Below the pieces are notes generated by a model, which saw nothing but the letters and a program-made list of their open reading frames with translations, did not search any database and was not told where the DNA came from. A program made the translations under genes and the position numbers. DNA of 47,890 nt from an uncultured Candidatus Saccharibacteria bacterium (lineage in GTDB: Bacteria > Patescibacteriota > Minisyncoccia > Phycocordibacterales > 01-FULL-45-15b): the NCBI GenBank assembly GCA_964373765.1, contig CAYJVZ010000002.1, positions 1 through 47,890 of the forward strand, written 5' to 3'. This document shows positions 10,601-19,047 of the stretch, piece by piece. The first letter of the stretch is position 1; each line of letters opens with the position of its first letter.

Positions 10601-10750
10601 AATTTACTATATTTTAGACGCATTTAAAAAGCCACCAAGCTCCATCCGTAGCTAACAAAAAAAATCTAACAACGCCATTTAGTGGTTGTAGGATAAACAG
10701 ATTTAATAATCAATCATCTCCGCCTTAACTCAATCAGGCAATAATTTGTT

Positions 10751-10789
10751 AGCTTAAACTACTCTTTATATTTTGTCAAATGTGGATAA
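10751..10789 (-). promoter_or_regulatory. candidate sigma70 promoter for rpoBC with abutting perfect DnaA box
   Basis: Minus strand reads TTATCCACA-t-TTGACA-17nt-TAAGCT. The -35 is at 10774-10779, the -10 at 10751-10756, and the DnaA-box consensus TTATCCACA at 10781-10789. Confidence 0.4.
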
Positions 10790-10827
10790 CTAACTTTTTT
10801 TAGGGAAATGCTAAGTAGGGCAAGCTG

Positions 10828-11481
10828 CTATTTGATTTTGTTACTTTTTCGCTTTTCAGCTCTCCACTTATCTATTCTAGCCTTATGGCCTGTCAAAAGG
10901 ACTCCAGGCACATTGTAGTTTCTGCCTTGGAAAGTTATTTTTCTTGGCCTTGTATAGACCTCGTCTGATGAAATTCTCGACTCTTCAAGGGATTCTATTT
11001 TTCCTAACACTCCCGCCAATTGTCTTGACACAGTGTCTATAATGCACATTGCCGGAAGCTCGCCTCCGCTTAAAACATAATTGCCTATGGAAACTTTTCG
11101 CGCCTTTAATATTCTTCTGGCTCTTTCATCAATACCTTCATAGCGTCCGCATATAATGACGACATTTTCTTTCCTAGAAATTTTCTTAGCCATTTCTGTT
11201 GAAAATAAACTTCCCGATGGTGAGAGCCAGATAATGTCAGTATTCTTTTTTTTACCGACTGCCTCCTTGGCCGCCTTTACAACTGGCAGAGCTTCAATGA
11301 CCATGCCCGGTCCTCCGCCAAAGGGTTTGTTATCCACTCTTTGGCGCTTAGAAGCAGTGAAGCTCTTTATGTCATAGAACTTCACTTTGATAAGACCGCT
11401 TTTAATAGCTCGTCCCAAAATTGAAGCGCTCAAATATGAGTCAAATGATTTGGGGAAAAGTGTGATTACGTGGAATGTCAT
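10828..11481 (-). CDS. trmD: tRNA (guanine37-N1)-methyltransferase
   Basis: SPOUT/TrmD pattern: MTFHVITLFP..., FGGGPGMV, GRYEGIDERA, SIGNYVLSGGE. Confidence 0.9.
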   Translation of the reverse strand: MTFHVITLFPKSFDSYLSASILGRAIKSGLIKVKFYDIKSFTASKRQRVDNKPFGGGPGMVIEALPVVKAAKEAVGKKKNTDIIWLSPSGSLFSTEMAKKISRKENVVIICGRYEGIDERARRILKARKVSIGNYVLSGGELPAMCIIDTVSRQLAGVLGKIESLEESRISSDEVYTRPRKITFQGRNYNVPGVLLTGHKARIDKWRAEKRKSNKIK

Positions 11482-11527
11482 ATATCAAAAAATCCGTGTT
11501 GTAAAGATAACACGGATTTTTTGATAT
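11482..11527 (-). terminator. perfect 19-bp-stem hairpin (intra-operon terminator/attenuator) abutting the trmD ATG
   Basis: ATATCAAAAAATCCGTGTT (11482-11500), loop gtaaagat, AACACGGATTTTTTGATAT (11509-11527). On the minus strand the T-run and the hairpin foot touch the trmD start codon (11479-11481). Confidence 0.6.
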
Positions 11528-11542
11528 GTCTATTAGAACGTA

Positions 11543-11857
11543 TTAAATTTTCAAATCCTCCATCGCCTGATCAACGGTCTTTGATGATTTTTCTGGGCGA
11601 GTGCTTCCCTCTGGTTCATTAATCTTTAGATTAACTCGAGCGTTGTTCTTCATTCCAACCACTCGAAGCAAAGTTCTAATTGCTTTCGCCGTATTTCCGG
11701 TTCGGCCAATTATCTTGCCCATGTCAGCCGGATTTACCATAAGCGTAAGCAAAACTCCCATTTCATCAACAGTCCTATTTATTTTCACGTCGCTAGGATT
11801 ATCAACTAGCGATTTAACGACGTGATCTAGAAACTGTGCGTCCTGTTCTGTTTGCAT
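11543..11857 (-). CDS. KH-domain RNA-binding protein (YlqC-like)
   Basis: GKIIGRTGNTAKAIRTLL is a GXXG KH motif. It sits between rpsP and trmD, the typical position. Start moved to ATG 11857 (MQTEQ...) by length comparison with about 80-aa homologues. Confidence 0.75.
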   Translation of the reverse strand: MQTEQDAQFLDHVVKSLVDNPSDVKINRTVDEMGVLLTLMVNPADMGKIIGRTGNTAKAIRTLLRVVGMKNNARVNLKINEPEGSTRPEKSSKTVDQAMEDLKI

Positions 11858-11997
11858 AAAATCATTCGTAATTTCTAATCTAGTGAGCACAATGTGTCCC
11901 CACGCAGTAACTCGACCGATCTATCATACTGGTATAAATATACTAGGATATTGCGACCAGAAAGTCCAATGTGACTATTTAGTAGCGCCAAGAGTTA

Positions 11998-12043
11998 CTG
12001 CGTCAACCTGCCACGTTGACGCAGTAGCACGTTGACGCAGTAG
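11998..12043. repeat. REP-like palindromic unit, dispersed copy of the R-repeat hairpin, with 16-nt tandem duplication
   Basis: ctgcgtcaacctgccacgttgacgca (11998-12023) is identical over 26 nt to 19441-19466 and 21641-21666. cacgttgacgcagtag is tandemly repeated at 12012-12027 and 12028-12043. Confidence 0.7.
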
Positions 12044-12138
12044 GGGCTTTTGGAGGAAAAGCCTCCAAAAACTTTAAAGCCTCCGAGGACCTTAAACACT
12101 CGGTTAATCTGCTACGTTGACCGAGTAAAACCGCCAGT

Positions 12139-12642
12139 TTATTTGGGCGCCATTGTCAGCTTTGAATCTGTTTCTTTATTGTCTTCAATTTGCGCGCTAT
12201 CGGTTTTGGAGTCTGGTGACTTCTTGGAATGGTCCGCTTTGCCGATTTCTTGATTTTCAGCTAATTTTTGGCCGACTCCCGTGTCAGTATTTTCAGCGAT
12301 TTTTTCGCCCTTATCCTCCGTGCCCTCTTTAGGAATCCCTTTTGGTTTGCCTTTGTCAGCTACAATCGGACTTTTTTTAGGCAAAACGTTAATCTTCTTT
12401 CCTTTTATCAGAGACTTAGAAACTAGATAGTTGTGCACCGAATCCGTTGGCTTGGCGCCGACAGAGAGCCAATAATCCAGTCTATCCTTTTTTATATCGC
12501 CAGTTAAATTCTTGCGGTAATCAAAATTTCCAAGTACTTCAATGAAGCCCCCGCTCTTAGTGGAATTTCGTGAATCTGTGATAACGATTCTGAAACTTGG
12601 ATCGTTCCTTCTGCCTACTCTTTGCATTCTAATTCTTAACAT
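12139..12642 (-). CDS. rpsP: 30S ribosomal protein S16 with about 85-aa charged C-terminal extension
   Basis: MLRIRMQRVGRRNDPSFRIV... matches the S16 N-terminus. Start set at ATG 12642 rather than the ORF-track 12678. The tail is K/E/D/G-rich. Confidence 0.85.
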   Translation of the reverse strand: MLRIRMQRVGRRNDPSFRIVITDSRNSTKSGGFIEVLGNFDYRKNLTGDIKKDRLDYWLSVGAKPTDSVHNYLVSKSLIKGKKINVLPKKSPIVADKGKPKGIPKEGTEDKGEKIAENTDTGVGQKLAENQEIGKADHSKKSPDSKTDSAQIEDNKETDSKLTMAPK

Positions 12643-12814
12643 GAAAAGCATATTAACAGAGTCTAAGAGGCTGGTCAAATTTGACTGAGGCTAAATTTAA
12701 TATGTATTTGCAAAAATAAAATAAATGTAGGAGATGTCTTCAGACCTTCACATTAATACATAGGCATGTATACTTATCGTCAAATCTGATATCGTTTAGT
12801 TAATAAATACATAA

Positions 12815-14770
12815 GTGAGAAAACGCAGAAAAAAAGGCGAACACGGCAAGGCTGAATATTTTGAGGCTGTCATTGGCGTGTTTAGAAAAGGCTTCGGATA
12901 CGCAATTTGGCCCGAAACAAAAATCCGGTATGAAATTGAGAGCCATAATCTAAACACCGCGCTTGATGGCGATCGGGTTCTTTTCAAAATCCTTGGGCGC
13001 GGCAGAGGAAATCAGGCCTCATACGCCAAAGTCGAGAAGATAATCACAAGATCAAGAGAGACTTTTGTCGGAACATTGGTAAAAGCCGGCAATGGATATG
13101 CCGTTACTCCTGACGATAAAAGAATGTACGCGGACATAGTTGTGGACAAAATTCCTACTGGAGCAGTTGCCGACAAGACCAAAGTCTTAGTCCAAATAAA
13201 AAAGTGGGATATTGGTTCGTTCCCTCAAGGAACAATAAAAGAGATTATTGGTAAAAAAGGCCTAAACGAGACAGAAATGCTTTCTATAGCTCTTGACAAG
13301 GGATTTTCGGCCAATTTCGATGCCGTTGTGGCCGCCGAGGCAAGAAAAATTTACCAGCAGTCTAAAGAGGCAATAGCGTCTGAAGCAAAAAAAAGGAGAG
13401 ATTTCAGGAATACAACCACCTTCACAATTGACCCGGGGAACGCCAAAGATTTTGACGACGCCCTTTCTTTGAAAATTTTGGGAGGCGACAAATTTGAAAT
13501 AGGCATACATATTGCCGATGTTTCTTTTTTTGTTCGGCCAAATACAGCCATAGACAAAGAAGCCTTAAAAAGAGGTTTTTCCGTCTATCTCGTAGACCGC
13601 ACAATTGCCATGTTGCCCGCTGAACTTTCAGACGATTTATGCAGTCTAAATGAAAAGACTGATAAATTGGCCTTTTCCGCAGTCTTTGAAATGAACGGGA
13701 CGGGGCAAATTGAGAAGGAATGGTATGGTAGAACAATTATCCGTTCGGATAAGCGCTTTTCATATGAGGCGGCGCAATCAGCCATAAATAATGGCGGACA
13801 GTTTGCGGACGAGTTGAGGACTTTAAACGTCATATCAAAAAAATTAAGAAAAGAAAGATTTGATAGAGGGGCTGTTGATTTCGAGGGTGAGGAAATCAGC
13901 TTCAAACTCTCTGCCGATGGAAAACCTATTTCTATTTTTAAAAAAGAACGCCTTGATACTCACAAACTTGTTGAGGAATTCATGCTTTTGGCAAACAGAA
14001 AAGTGGCGGCCTTTTTAATTAAGGGACTGAAACAAAAAGGCTTTGCAGAAGGAGAGGCGCTTTATAGGATTCATGACAAACCTGATCCGGAGAAAATTGA
14101 AGATTTGGTGGTTTTTGCCAAGGCCCTCGGTTACGACCTTGAATCTCATGAGGGTCAAGTAACTTCAAAATCATTGCAAAAAATTCTTAGTCAGACAGTG
14201 GGCACTTCATCGGAATATATTTTTAAAACCGCGGCAATCAGATCTATGGCTAAGGCGAAATATTCCACCGATAATATCGGCCACTACGGTTTGGCCTTTT
14301 CTGTTTACACGCATTTTACTTCCCCCATAAGAAGGTATCCTGATCTTGTGGTTCATAGAATTCTGGAAAGTCTGCTTGAAGGCGGAAAGCTAGATTCGTT
14401 CAAGAAGGTAATTCAAATTAGAGCTATCGCCCTAACTATGAGTATGAAAGAAATTCTAGCGGCCGAAGCTGAAAGAGCTTCAATTAAATTTAAGCAAGTT
14501 GAATATATGAGTGAAAGGATTGGACAAGTTTTTGATGGAACTATAAGCGCTGTTACTGATTGGGGCATTTACATTGAGGAGCGGAGCACGAAATGCGAAG
14601 GCTTGATGAGATTTAAGGATATTGGCGGAGATTATTATGAGAAGACAAAGGCGGGATATTCGGCAATTGGCAGAAAATCTGGAAAAAAATATTCTGTTGG
14701 AGATGAGGTAAAATTTAAGGTTGTAGCGGCGGATCTGGAAAGAAGATTTCTAGATTACAATGTTATTTAG
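12815..14770 (+). CDS. rnr: ribonuclease R / RNase II family 3'-5' exoribonuclease
   Basis: RNB domain motifs IDPGNAKDFDDALS and HFTSPIRRYPDLVVHR. C-terminal S1-like GQVFDGTISAVTDWGIYIE. GTG start. Confidence 0.9.
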   Translation: MRKRRKKGEHGKAEYFEAVIGVFRKGFGYAIWPETKIRYEIESHNLNTALDGDRVLFKILGRGRGNQASYAKVEKIITRSRETFVGTLVKAGNGYAVTPDDKRMYADIVVDKIPTGAVADKTKVLVQIKKWDIGSFPQGTIKEIIGKKGLNETEMLSIALDKGFSANFDAVVAAEARKIYQQSKEAIASEAKKRRDFRNTTTFTIDPGNAKDFDDALSLKILGGDKFEIGIHIADVSFFVRPNTAIDKEALKRGFSVYLVDRTIAMLPAELSDDLCSLNEKTDKLAFSAVFEMNGTGQIEKEWYGRTIIRSDKRFSYEAAQSAINNGGQFADELRTLNVISKKLRKERFDRGAVDFEGEEISFKLSADGKPISIFKKERLDTHKLVEEFMLLANRKVAAFLIKGLKQKGFAEGEALYRIHDKPDPEKIEDLVVFAKALGYDLESHEGQVTSKSLQKILSQTVGTSSEYIFKTAAIRSMAKAKYSTDNIGHYGLAFSVYTHFTSPIRRYPDLVVHRILESLLEGGKLDSFKKVIQIRAIALTMSMKEILAAEAERASIKFKQVEYMSERIGQVFDGTISAVTDWGIYIEERSTKCEGLMRFKDIGGDYYEKTKAGYSAIGRKSGKKYSVGDEVKFKVVAADLERRFLDYNVI

Positions 14771-14802
14771 GCGCAGACTTGAGCGAATTTAATCTATGCT
14801 GA

Positions 14803-14846
14803 TTATCCACATTTTTCCTTGACATCTTTCTTGTCTTTGATAGCAT
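14803..14846 (+). promoter_or_regulatory. candidate promoter (TTGACA-16nt-TAGCAT) preceded by perfect DnaA box
   Basis: TTATCCACA at 14803-14811, TTGACA at 14819-14824, TAGCAT at 14841-14846. No protein-coding ORF follows on +. Confidence 0.35.
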
Positions 14847-14852
14847 TAAACA

Positions 14853-14961
14853 AGTTCATCGCTACTATAACGATCCGGAGCCAAGGTCACTGACATATCT
14901 TGGCATGCTTCATAGGTCGGCTCGTTATGGGGCGGCTCACCAAGTGGTGAGCCGTTTTTTT
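14853..14961 (+). ncRNA. candidate about 110-nt small RNA, or structured rnr 3'UTR
   Basis: Bounded by the promoter-like element above and a strong terminator. Internal hairpin GCCAAG...CTTGGC. No match that I can recognise to SRP, 6S, tmRNA or tRNA motifs. Confidence 0.3.
14933..14961 (+). terminator. Rho-independent terminator
   Basis: CGGCTCACC (14933-14941), loop aagt, GGTGAGCCG (14946-14954), then T7. Confidence 0.8.
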
Positions 14962-14990
14962 ATGGCCCGCTCCAATTCTAACCTTAGGCG

Positions 14991-17288
14991 CTATTTGGCA
15001 ATTCTCTCGGCTTCTTCAAGAGAGATAAATAGGACTTTTGAAATTCCGTCTAATCCCATGGTTATGCCGTAGAGGTTGCCAGCCCGAGACATTGTTTCTC
15101 TATTGTGAGTAATTAAAATGAGTTGCGAATGTTTGGAAAGGTTTTCTATCATATCTCCGTATTTTTTTGAATTAGCTTCGTCTAGAGCGGCGTCCGTCTC
15201 GTCAAGAATAATAAAAGGCGGAGGATTGACTTGGGACATGGCAAAAAGGAGAGCAATTGATGTTAATGCCCTCTCGCCTCCCGAGAGCATCACTAAGTCT
15301 TTAATCTTCTTCTTTGGCAAATTTACTGTTATGTCCACTCCCGCGGGACCCCCCTCTTCTTCCTCTACTTCATCAGAAAGCGAACTTAAATCCGCCTCAT
15401 CGAGAAGCAGACTATCCGTATCCTCTTTCTTTTTTCTTTCCTGCTTTATTACGTGAACGCTGGCATTGCCGCCTCCAAACATTAGACCGAAAAAATTGTT
15501 GAACTCTTTGTTGATTTTCTGGACGCCTTCAGTAAATTGATTGTCCAGTTTTTCCTCAAGCTCGCGTATCATTTGATCCAGAGATTGTCTGGATTTATCG
15601 AGATCCTGAAGCTCGCTTTTAAGAAATGTCTCTCTTTCGCTTGTTTCCCTATATTCCTTCATAATATCGTCTCCTGAAAACGCGCCGTATTCCTCAAATC
15701 GAATTTTCATCCTTTCTATTTTTCTCCGCCTTTCCTCCTGAATAGACCGATCTTCCCTTAAAATGTCATTAACGCTTAATCTTTCTCCATTTGCTGATTC
15801 GATCTGGTAATCATCTATATCCAAAATATCTTTACCGCAAAGAATTACCGCCTCTGTCTTCTCCTTCTTGAAGTTTAGGGCGGCCGAATTTAAACTATCA
15901 CGCTTTAATTTTAGGTCATTTATTTTAGCGCCCATATCCTGCCTCGCGGTCATCAAATCAATAATGCGCTTTTCGGACTCAAAGCTATCTGCTTTTTTGC
16001 TTTCTAAAGATTTTTTTAGCAATGCTGATTGACTTTGAAGTTCCGAAAGAGTTTTTTGATTTAGGGTTATTTTATGATCAATTTCTTTTTTATTTTCCTC
16101 CAGCGTCTTCTTTTGAAATTTCAAATTCTCTCCCAAACCGATGGCTTTTTTATCGCCTTTAGTAATCTTCTCCACAAAATTTTTGACTGCCGAACTAATG
16201 CTTGTAATCAGTTCTTTAATCCTGTTTATGTCAGTTTCTCCTTTTGCTATTTCAGTCAGGTTTGTAACGTTTTCTGCCATAGACAGGACTAAATTTCTGT
16301 CAACCGTATTTTCAGCTTCATTCTCTAAAGAACGGCTAATGGCATCTTCAAGAGTTGATAAAGAGCCTTCAATTTTTCCAAGCTCCCTGGATAATTTGCT
16401 TGACTCAAACGATAGCAGGCCAATTTCGCCCTCTAGCTTGATGAGTTTCTTTAAATCATTGGAATGTTGGCCGGAGTCGTCAATTTTTCTTCTAATTTGA
16501 TCAAGATCTCTGTCTAAAGCGGCCATGCTCTGAAGGAGCGGTGAAAGATCAGTCTCAATCTTTTTTTGGCCATGAACTATATAGACAGATTCTCTTTTAA
16601 AAAATTCCTTGTAATGCAGTTTTAATTGATCCCTAATAGATTTTGATTTCTCAATTTTCTCTACCTGTTTCTCCAAAAATTTAAGATGGGGTGTGATTTC
16701 TCTTCGCAGACCTTCAATAGATTTAATATTTTCAATCGTCTTTTCTAACTTTCTTATGGCTTCATTTTTTTTATATTGATAGATCCGCAGTCCAAGAGCG
16801 TCTTCTATCATCGTTCTTCTGACCGAAGCCGTGGCGTTTAATATTCTGTCGGATTCGCCTTGAGAAATAATGTGCTGGCTTGACGAACCTATGTGGGAAG
16901 AGGCTAGAAGTTCCATTATGTCCTTCAACCTTGTGGCAGTTTGATTAATTAGATATTCATTCTGGCCGTCCCTGTGAACAATTCTCTCTATGACCACTTC
17001 GTCAAAATCAATATTCATGGCTCTTTTTGAATTGTCAAAAAAAACTTTGACCGAGGCTCTGTTCATGCGAGCCGTTGTCTTAGAGCCGCCAAAAATCAAG
17101 TCCTCCCCTTTTTTACCTCTTAGGGATTTCATGGATTGCTCGCCGAGAACAAATCTAAAGGCTTCAGCTATATTTGATTTACCAGAGCCATTCGGTCCTA
17201 CAATGGCGCAAATGGGGCTGTCAAACTTAAATAGGCTCTTTTTTGGAAACGACTTAAATCCTGAAAGCTCAAGTGACTTCAAATGCAT
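14991..17288 (-). CDS. smc: SMC-family chromosome segregation ATPase, unusually short (765 aa)
   Basis: N-terminal LELSGFKSF...IVGPNGSGKSN...VLGEQS. C-terminal signature LSGGERALTSIALLFA and Walker B FIILDETDAALD. Coiled-coil-like middle with no hinge motif that I can recognise. Confidence 0.85.
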   Translation of the reverse strand: MHLKSLELSGFKSFPKKSLFKFDSPICAIVGPNGSGKSNIAEAFRFVLGEQSMKSLRGKKGEDLIFGGSKTTARMNRASVKVFFDNSKRAMNIDFDEVVIERIVHRDGQNEYLINQTATRLKDIMELLASSHIGSSSQHIISQGESDRILNATASVRRTMIEDALGLRIYQYKKNEAIRKLEKTIENIKSIEGLRREITPHLKFLEKQVEKIEKSKSIRDQLKLHYKEFFKRESVYIVHGQKKIETDLSPLLQSMAALDRDLDQIRRKIDDSGQHSNDLKKLIKLEGEIGLLSFESSKLSRELGKIEGSLSTLEDAISRSLENEAENTVDRNLVLSMAENVTNLTEIAKGETDINRIKELITSISSAVKNFVEKITKGDKKAIGLGENLKFQKKTLEENKKEIDHKITLNQKTLSELQSQSALLKKSLESKKADSFESEKRIIDLMTARQDMGAKINDLKLKRDSLNSAALNFKKEKTEAVILCGKDILDIDDYQIESANGERLSVNDILREDRSIQEERRRKIERMKIRFEEYGAFSGDDIMKEYRETSERETFLKSELQDLDKSRQSLDQMIRELEEKLDNQFTEGVQKINKEFNNFFGLMFGGGNASVHVIKQERKKKEDTDSLLLDEADLSSLSDEVEEEEGGPAGVDITVNLPKKKIKDLVMLSGGERALTSIALLFAMSQVNPPPFIILDETDAALDEANSKKYGDMIENLSKHSQLILITHNRETMSRAGNLYGITMGLDGISKVLFISLEEAERIAK

Positions 17289-17350
17289 CGGAAAATTATA
17301 ACTTTTTTGTGTTAATAAAAGAAGTTCTGTTTGACAATTTGTTCAAGCCA

Positions 17351-18040
17351 CTAATTCCAGTTTTTTTCCTCTAATGCGTGACGGGCCGCCTCTTGCTCCG
17401 CTTCTTGTTTAGATTTTCCCGAGCCCTCGGCAATTTTAACGTCGTTTAAATAGACCCCAATTTCAAACATTCGGTCGTGGTCAGGGCCGTATGATTTCGT
17501 AACTTCATAAGATGGTGTAACGCCGATCCTCTCTTGGGCGATTTCTTGAAATTTGCTTTTTGCATCAATCCACTGGCCGCTTGATATAATAGAGTCTAGT
17601 TTTGGCATAAGAATTTTTTCAATAAATCGAGTGGCTACATTATAGCCCTGATCTAAATAAATCGCTCCAATCAGAGCTTCAATAGTATTTGCCAAAATAT
17701 ACCTTCTGGCTTTGCCCCTATCTTTAGCCTCGCCTTTAGAAAGAAGAAGGAGTTTGTCCATATTCAATTCTGAAGCCAAATCTGAAAGAGTGTCGGCATT
17801 TACAAGCGCCGACCGAAAAGCCGTTAGATCGCCCTCGTTTTTATTGGGAAATTTCTTGTATAGGTCATCGGTAACAATCATTTCTAAAACGGCGTCGCCC
17901 AAAAACTCCAGCCTTTCATTATGATTGGCTACTTTTGATTTATTTTCATTGATATAAGACCTGTGAACAAAAGCTTGTTTTAAAAGCGTTTTATCATTAA
18001 ATCGGATATCAATTTCTTTTTCAAAATCGCTGTAATTCAC
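17351..18040 (-). CDS. rnc: ribonuclease III
   Basis: Signature ERLEFLGDAVLE. C-terminal dsRBD (...GSGKSKQEAEQEAAR). Confidence 0.93.
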   Translation of the reverse strand: MNYSDFEKEIDIRFNDKTLLKQAFVHRSYINENKSKVANHNERLEFLGDAVLEMIVTDDLYKKFPNKNEGDLTAFRSALVNADTLSDLASELNMDKLLLLSKGEAKDRGKARRYILANTIEALIGAIYLDQGYNVATRFIEKILMPKLDSIISSGQWIDAKSKFQEIAQERIGVTPSYEVTKSYGPDHDRMFEIGVYLNDVKIAEGSGKSKQEAEQEAARHALEEKNWN

Positions 18041-18110
18041 ATTATTAGTAGGGACATCAAACTAGAAACTGATTTATCTGTTACTAGTTTCGTGTCCTTA
18101 GTATTTATTT

Positions 18111-19019
18111 TTATTTCTTATTGCCGCCTCGCGAGACTAATGCTTGAACGGCTTTTGTGACAATCGGCAAAATATCGTTGTAAAAGTTAAGCTCAAGAAT
18201 ATCGCTTAACTTAAACCATCTGGCGTCATCCAATCCTCCCGATTTGGCCAATTTTATATCCTCAAAGCTTGTCTCCGCTAGATAATAACTGACCTGCTTT
18301 CTTATCTTACCTTTTTTGGGGTCGGAAGCAATGTATTCATTTTTGCCAAGTTCGTCTTTAAGTTCAATCTTCAAGCCGATTTCCTCGCCTATTACTCTTT
18401 TTGCGCCGATTATGTCGCTCTCGCCTTCGTTAATATGACCTTTAGAAAGAGTCCAGTGTCCAAAAACATCATGCACCAAAGCCAAATAAATCTCATTGTT
18501 TTTTCTAGCGAAAACCACCGCTCCAGCCAATTTTTCAATAGGCATTTTTTTTCTATCCAACATTTGTCCCTTTTCTCTGGGAGCGCTGTCTTTTCCCGGT
18601 TCCCCAAGCTCTTTGTAAACTGAACCGAGCACGCCATTTATAAATTTTGAACTGTTTTCCCCGCCGAATGTTTTAGCAAGTTCGATCGCCTCATTAATAG
18701 CAACTTTAGCCGGCACTTCATTTCGGTCGGCGTAAATAAGCTCGTATAGGCCGAGCCGCAATATATTCCTGTCAACAATCGATATCTTGTCTAATGGCCA
18801 ATCTGGAGCGGCCTTTTCAATTATCAAGTCAATTTCTTTTTTTTTGCCTAGAATGTTTTTTAAGAGCTGTTTTAGAAAAGTGTCATCGCCAATACCGGGA
18901 GCAAATTCCTTAGTGTTTCGTTTTAATATTTCATCAGTTTTGTTGGGATTGCAGCCGCCAAAATCCCACTCAAAAAGTGACTGAAGAACTGTAGCTCTTG
19001 CAAGGTGCCTATTTGCCAT
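18111..19019 (-). CDS. nusB: NusB antitermination domain fused to a C-terminal Nudix hydrolase domain
   Basis: Residues 1-140 are NusB-like (ARATVLQSLFEWDF..., DRNILRLGLYEL, AINEAIELAK.., FINGVLG). Residues 194-216, GHINEGESDIIGAKRVIGEEIGL, fit the Nudix box GX5EX7REUXEEXGU except E to V at one position. Confidence 0.8.
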   Translation of the reverse strand: MANRHLARATVLQSLFEWDFGGCNPNKTDEILKRNTKEFAPGIGDDTFLKQLLKNILGKKKEIDLIIEKAAPDWPLDKISIVDRNILRLGLYELIYADRNEVPAKVAINEAIELAKTFGGENSSKFINGVLGSVYKELGEPGKDSAPREKGQMLDRKKMPIEKLAGAVVFARKNNEIYLALVHDVFGHWTLSKGHINEGESDIIGAKRVIGEEIGLKIELKDELGKNEYIASDPKKGKIRKQVSYYLAETSFEDIKLAKSGGLDDARWFKLSDILELNFYNDILPIVTKAVQALVSRGGNKK

Positions 19020-19047
19020 TTTCTTATAACAATACTATACACCAATC

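Noticed and set aside
3577-10655. Many 60-140-aa ORFs antisense to or overlapping rpoB, rpoC and dnaG (for example 4673..4945, 8031..8453, 9744..10079)
   Set aside because: They lie fully inside strongly supported conserved genes on the opposite strand or in another frame. They have low-complexity S/L/F-rich translations typical of antisense frames of AT-rich genes.
12796-12987. 63-aa minus-strand ORF overlapping the rnr start
   Set aside because: It overlaps the 5' end of a well-supported RNase R gene on the opposite strand and has no supporting signals.
18041-18110. Hairpin between nusB-Nudix and rnc as a terminator
   Set aside because: The stem (GGACA..AAACTAG../..CTAGTTT..TGTCC) is interrupted and no T-run follows on the transcribed strand. 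It is more likely an RNase III or processing stem, or fortuitous.
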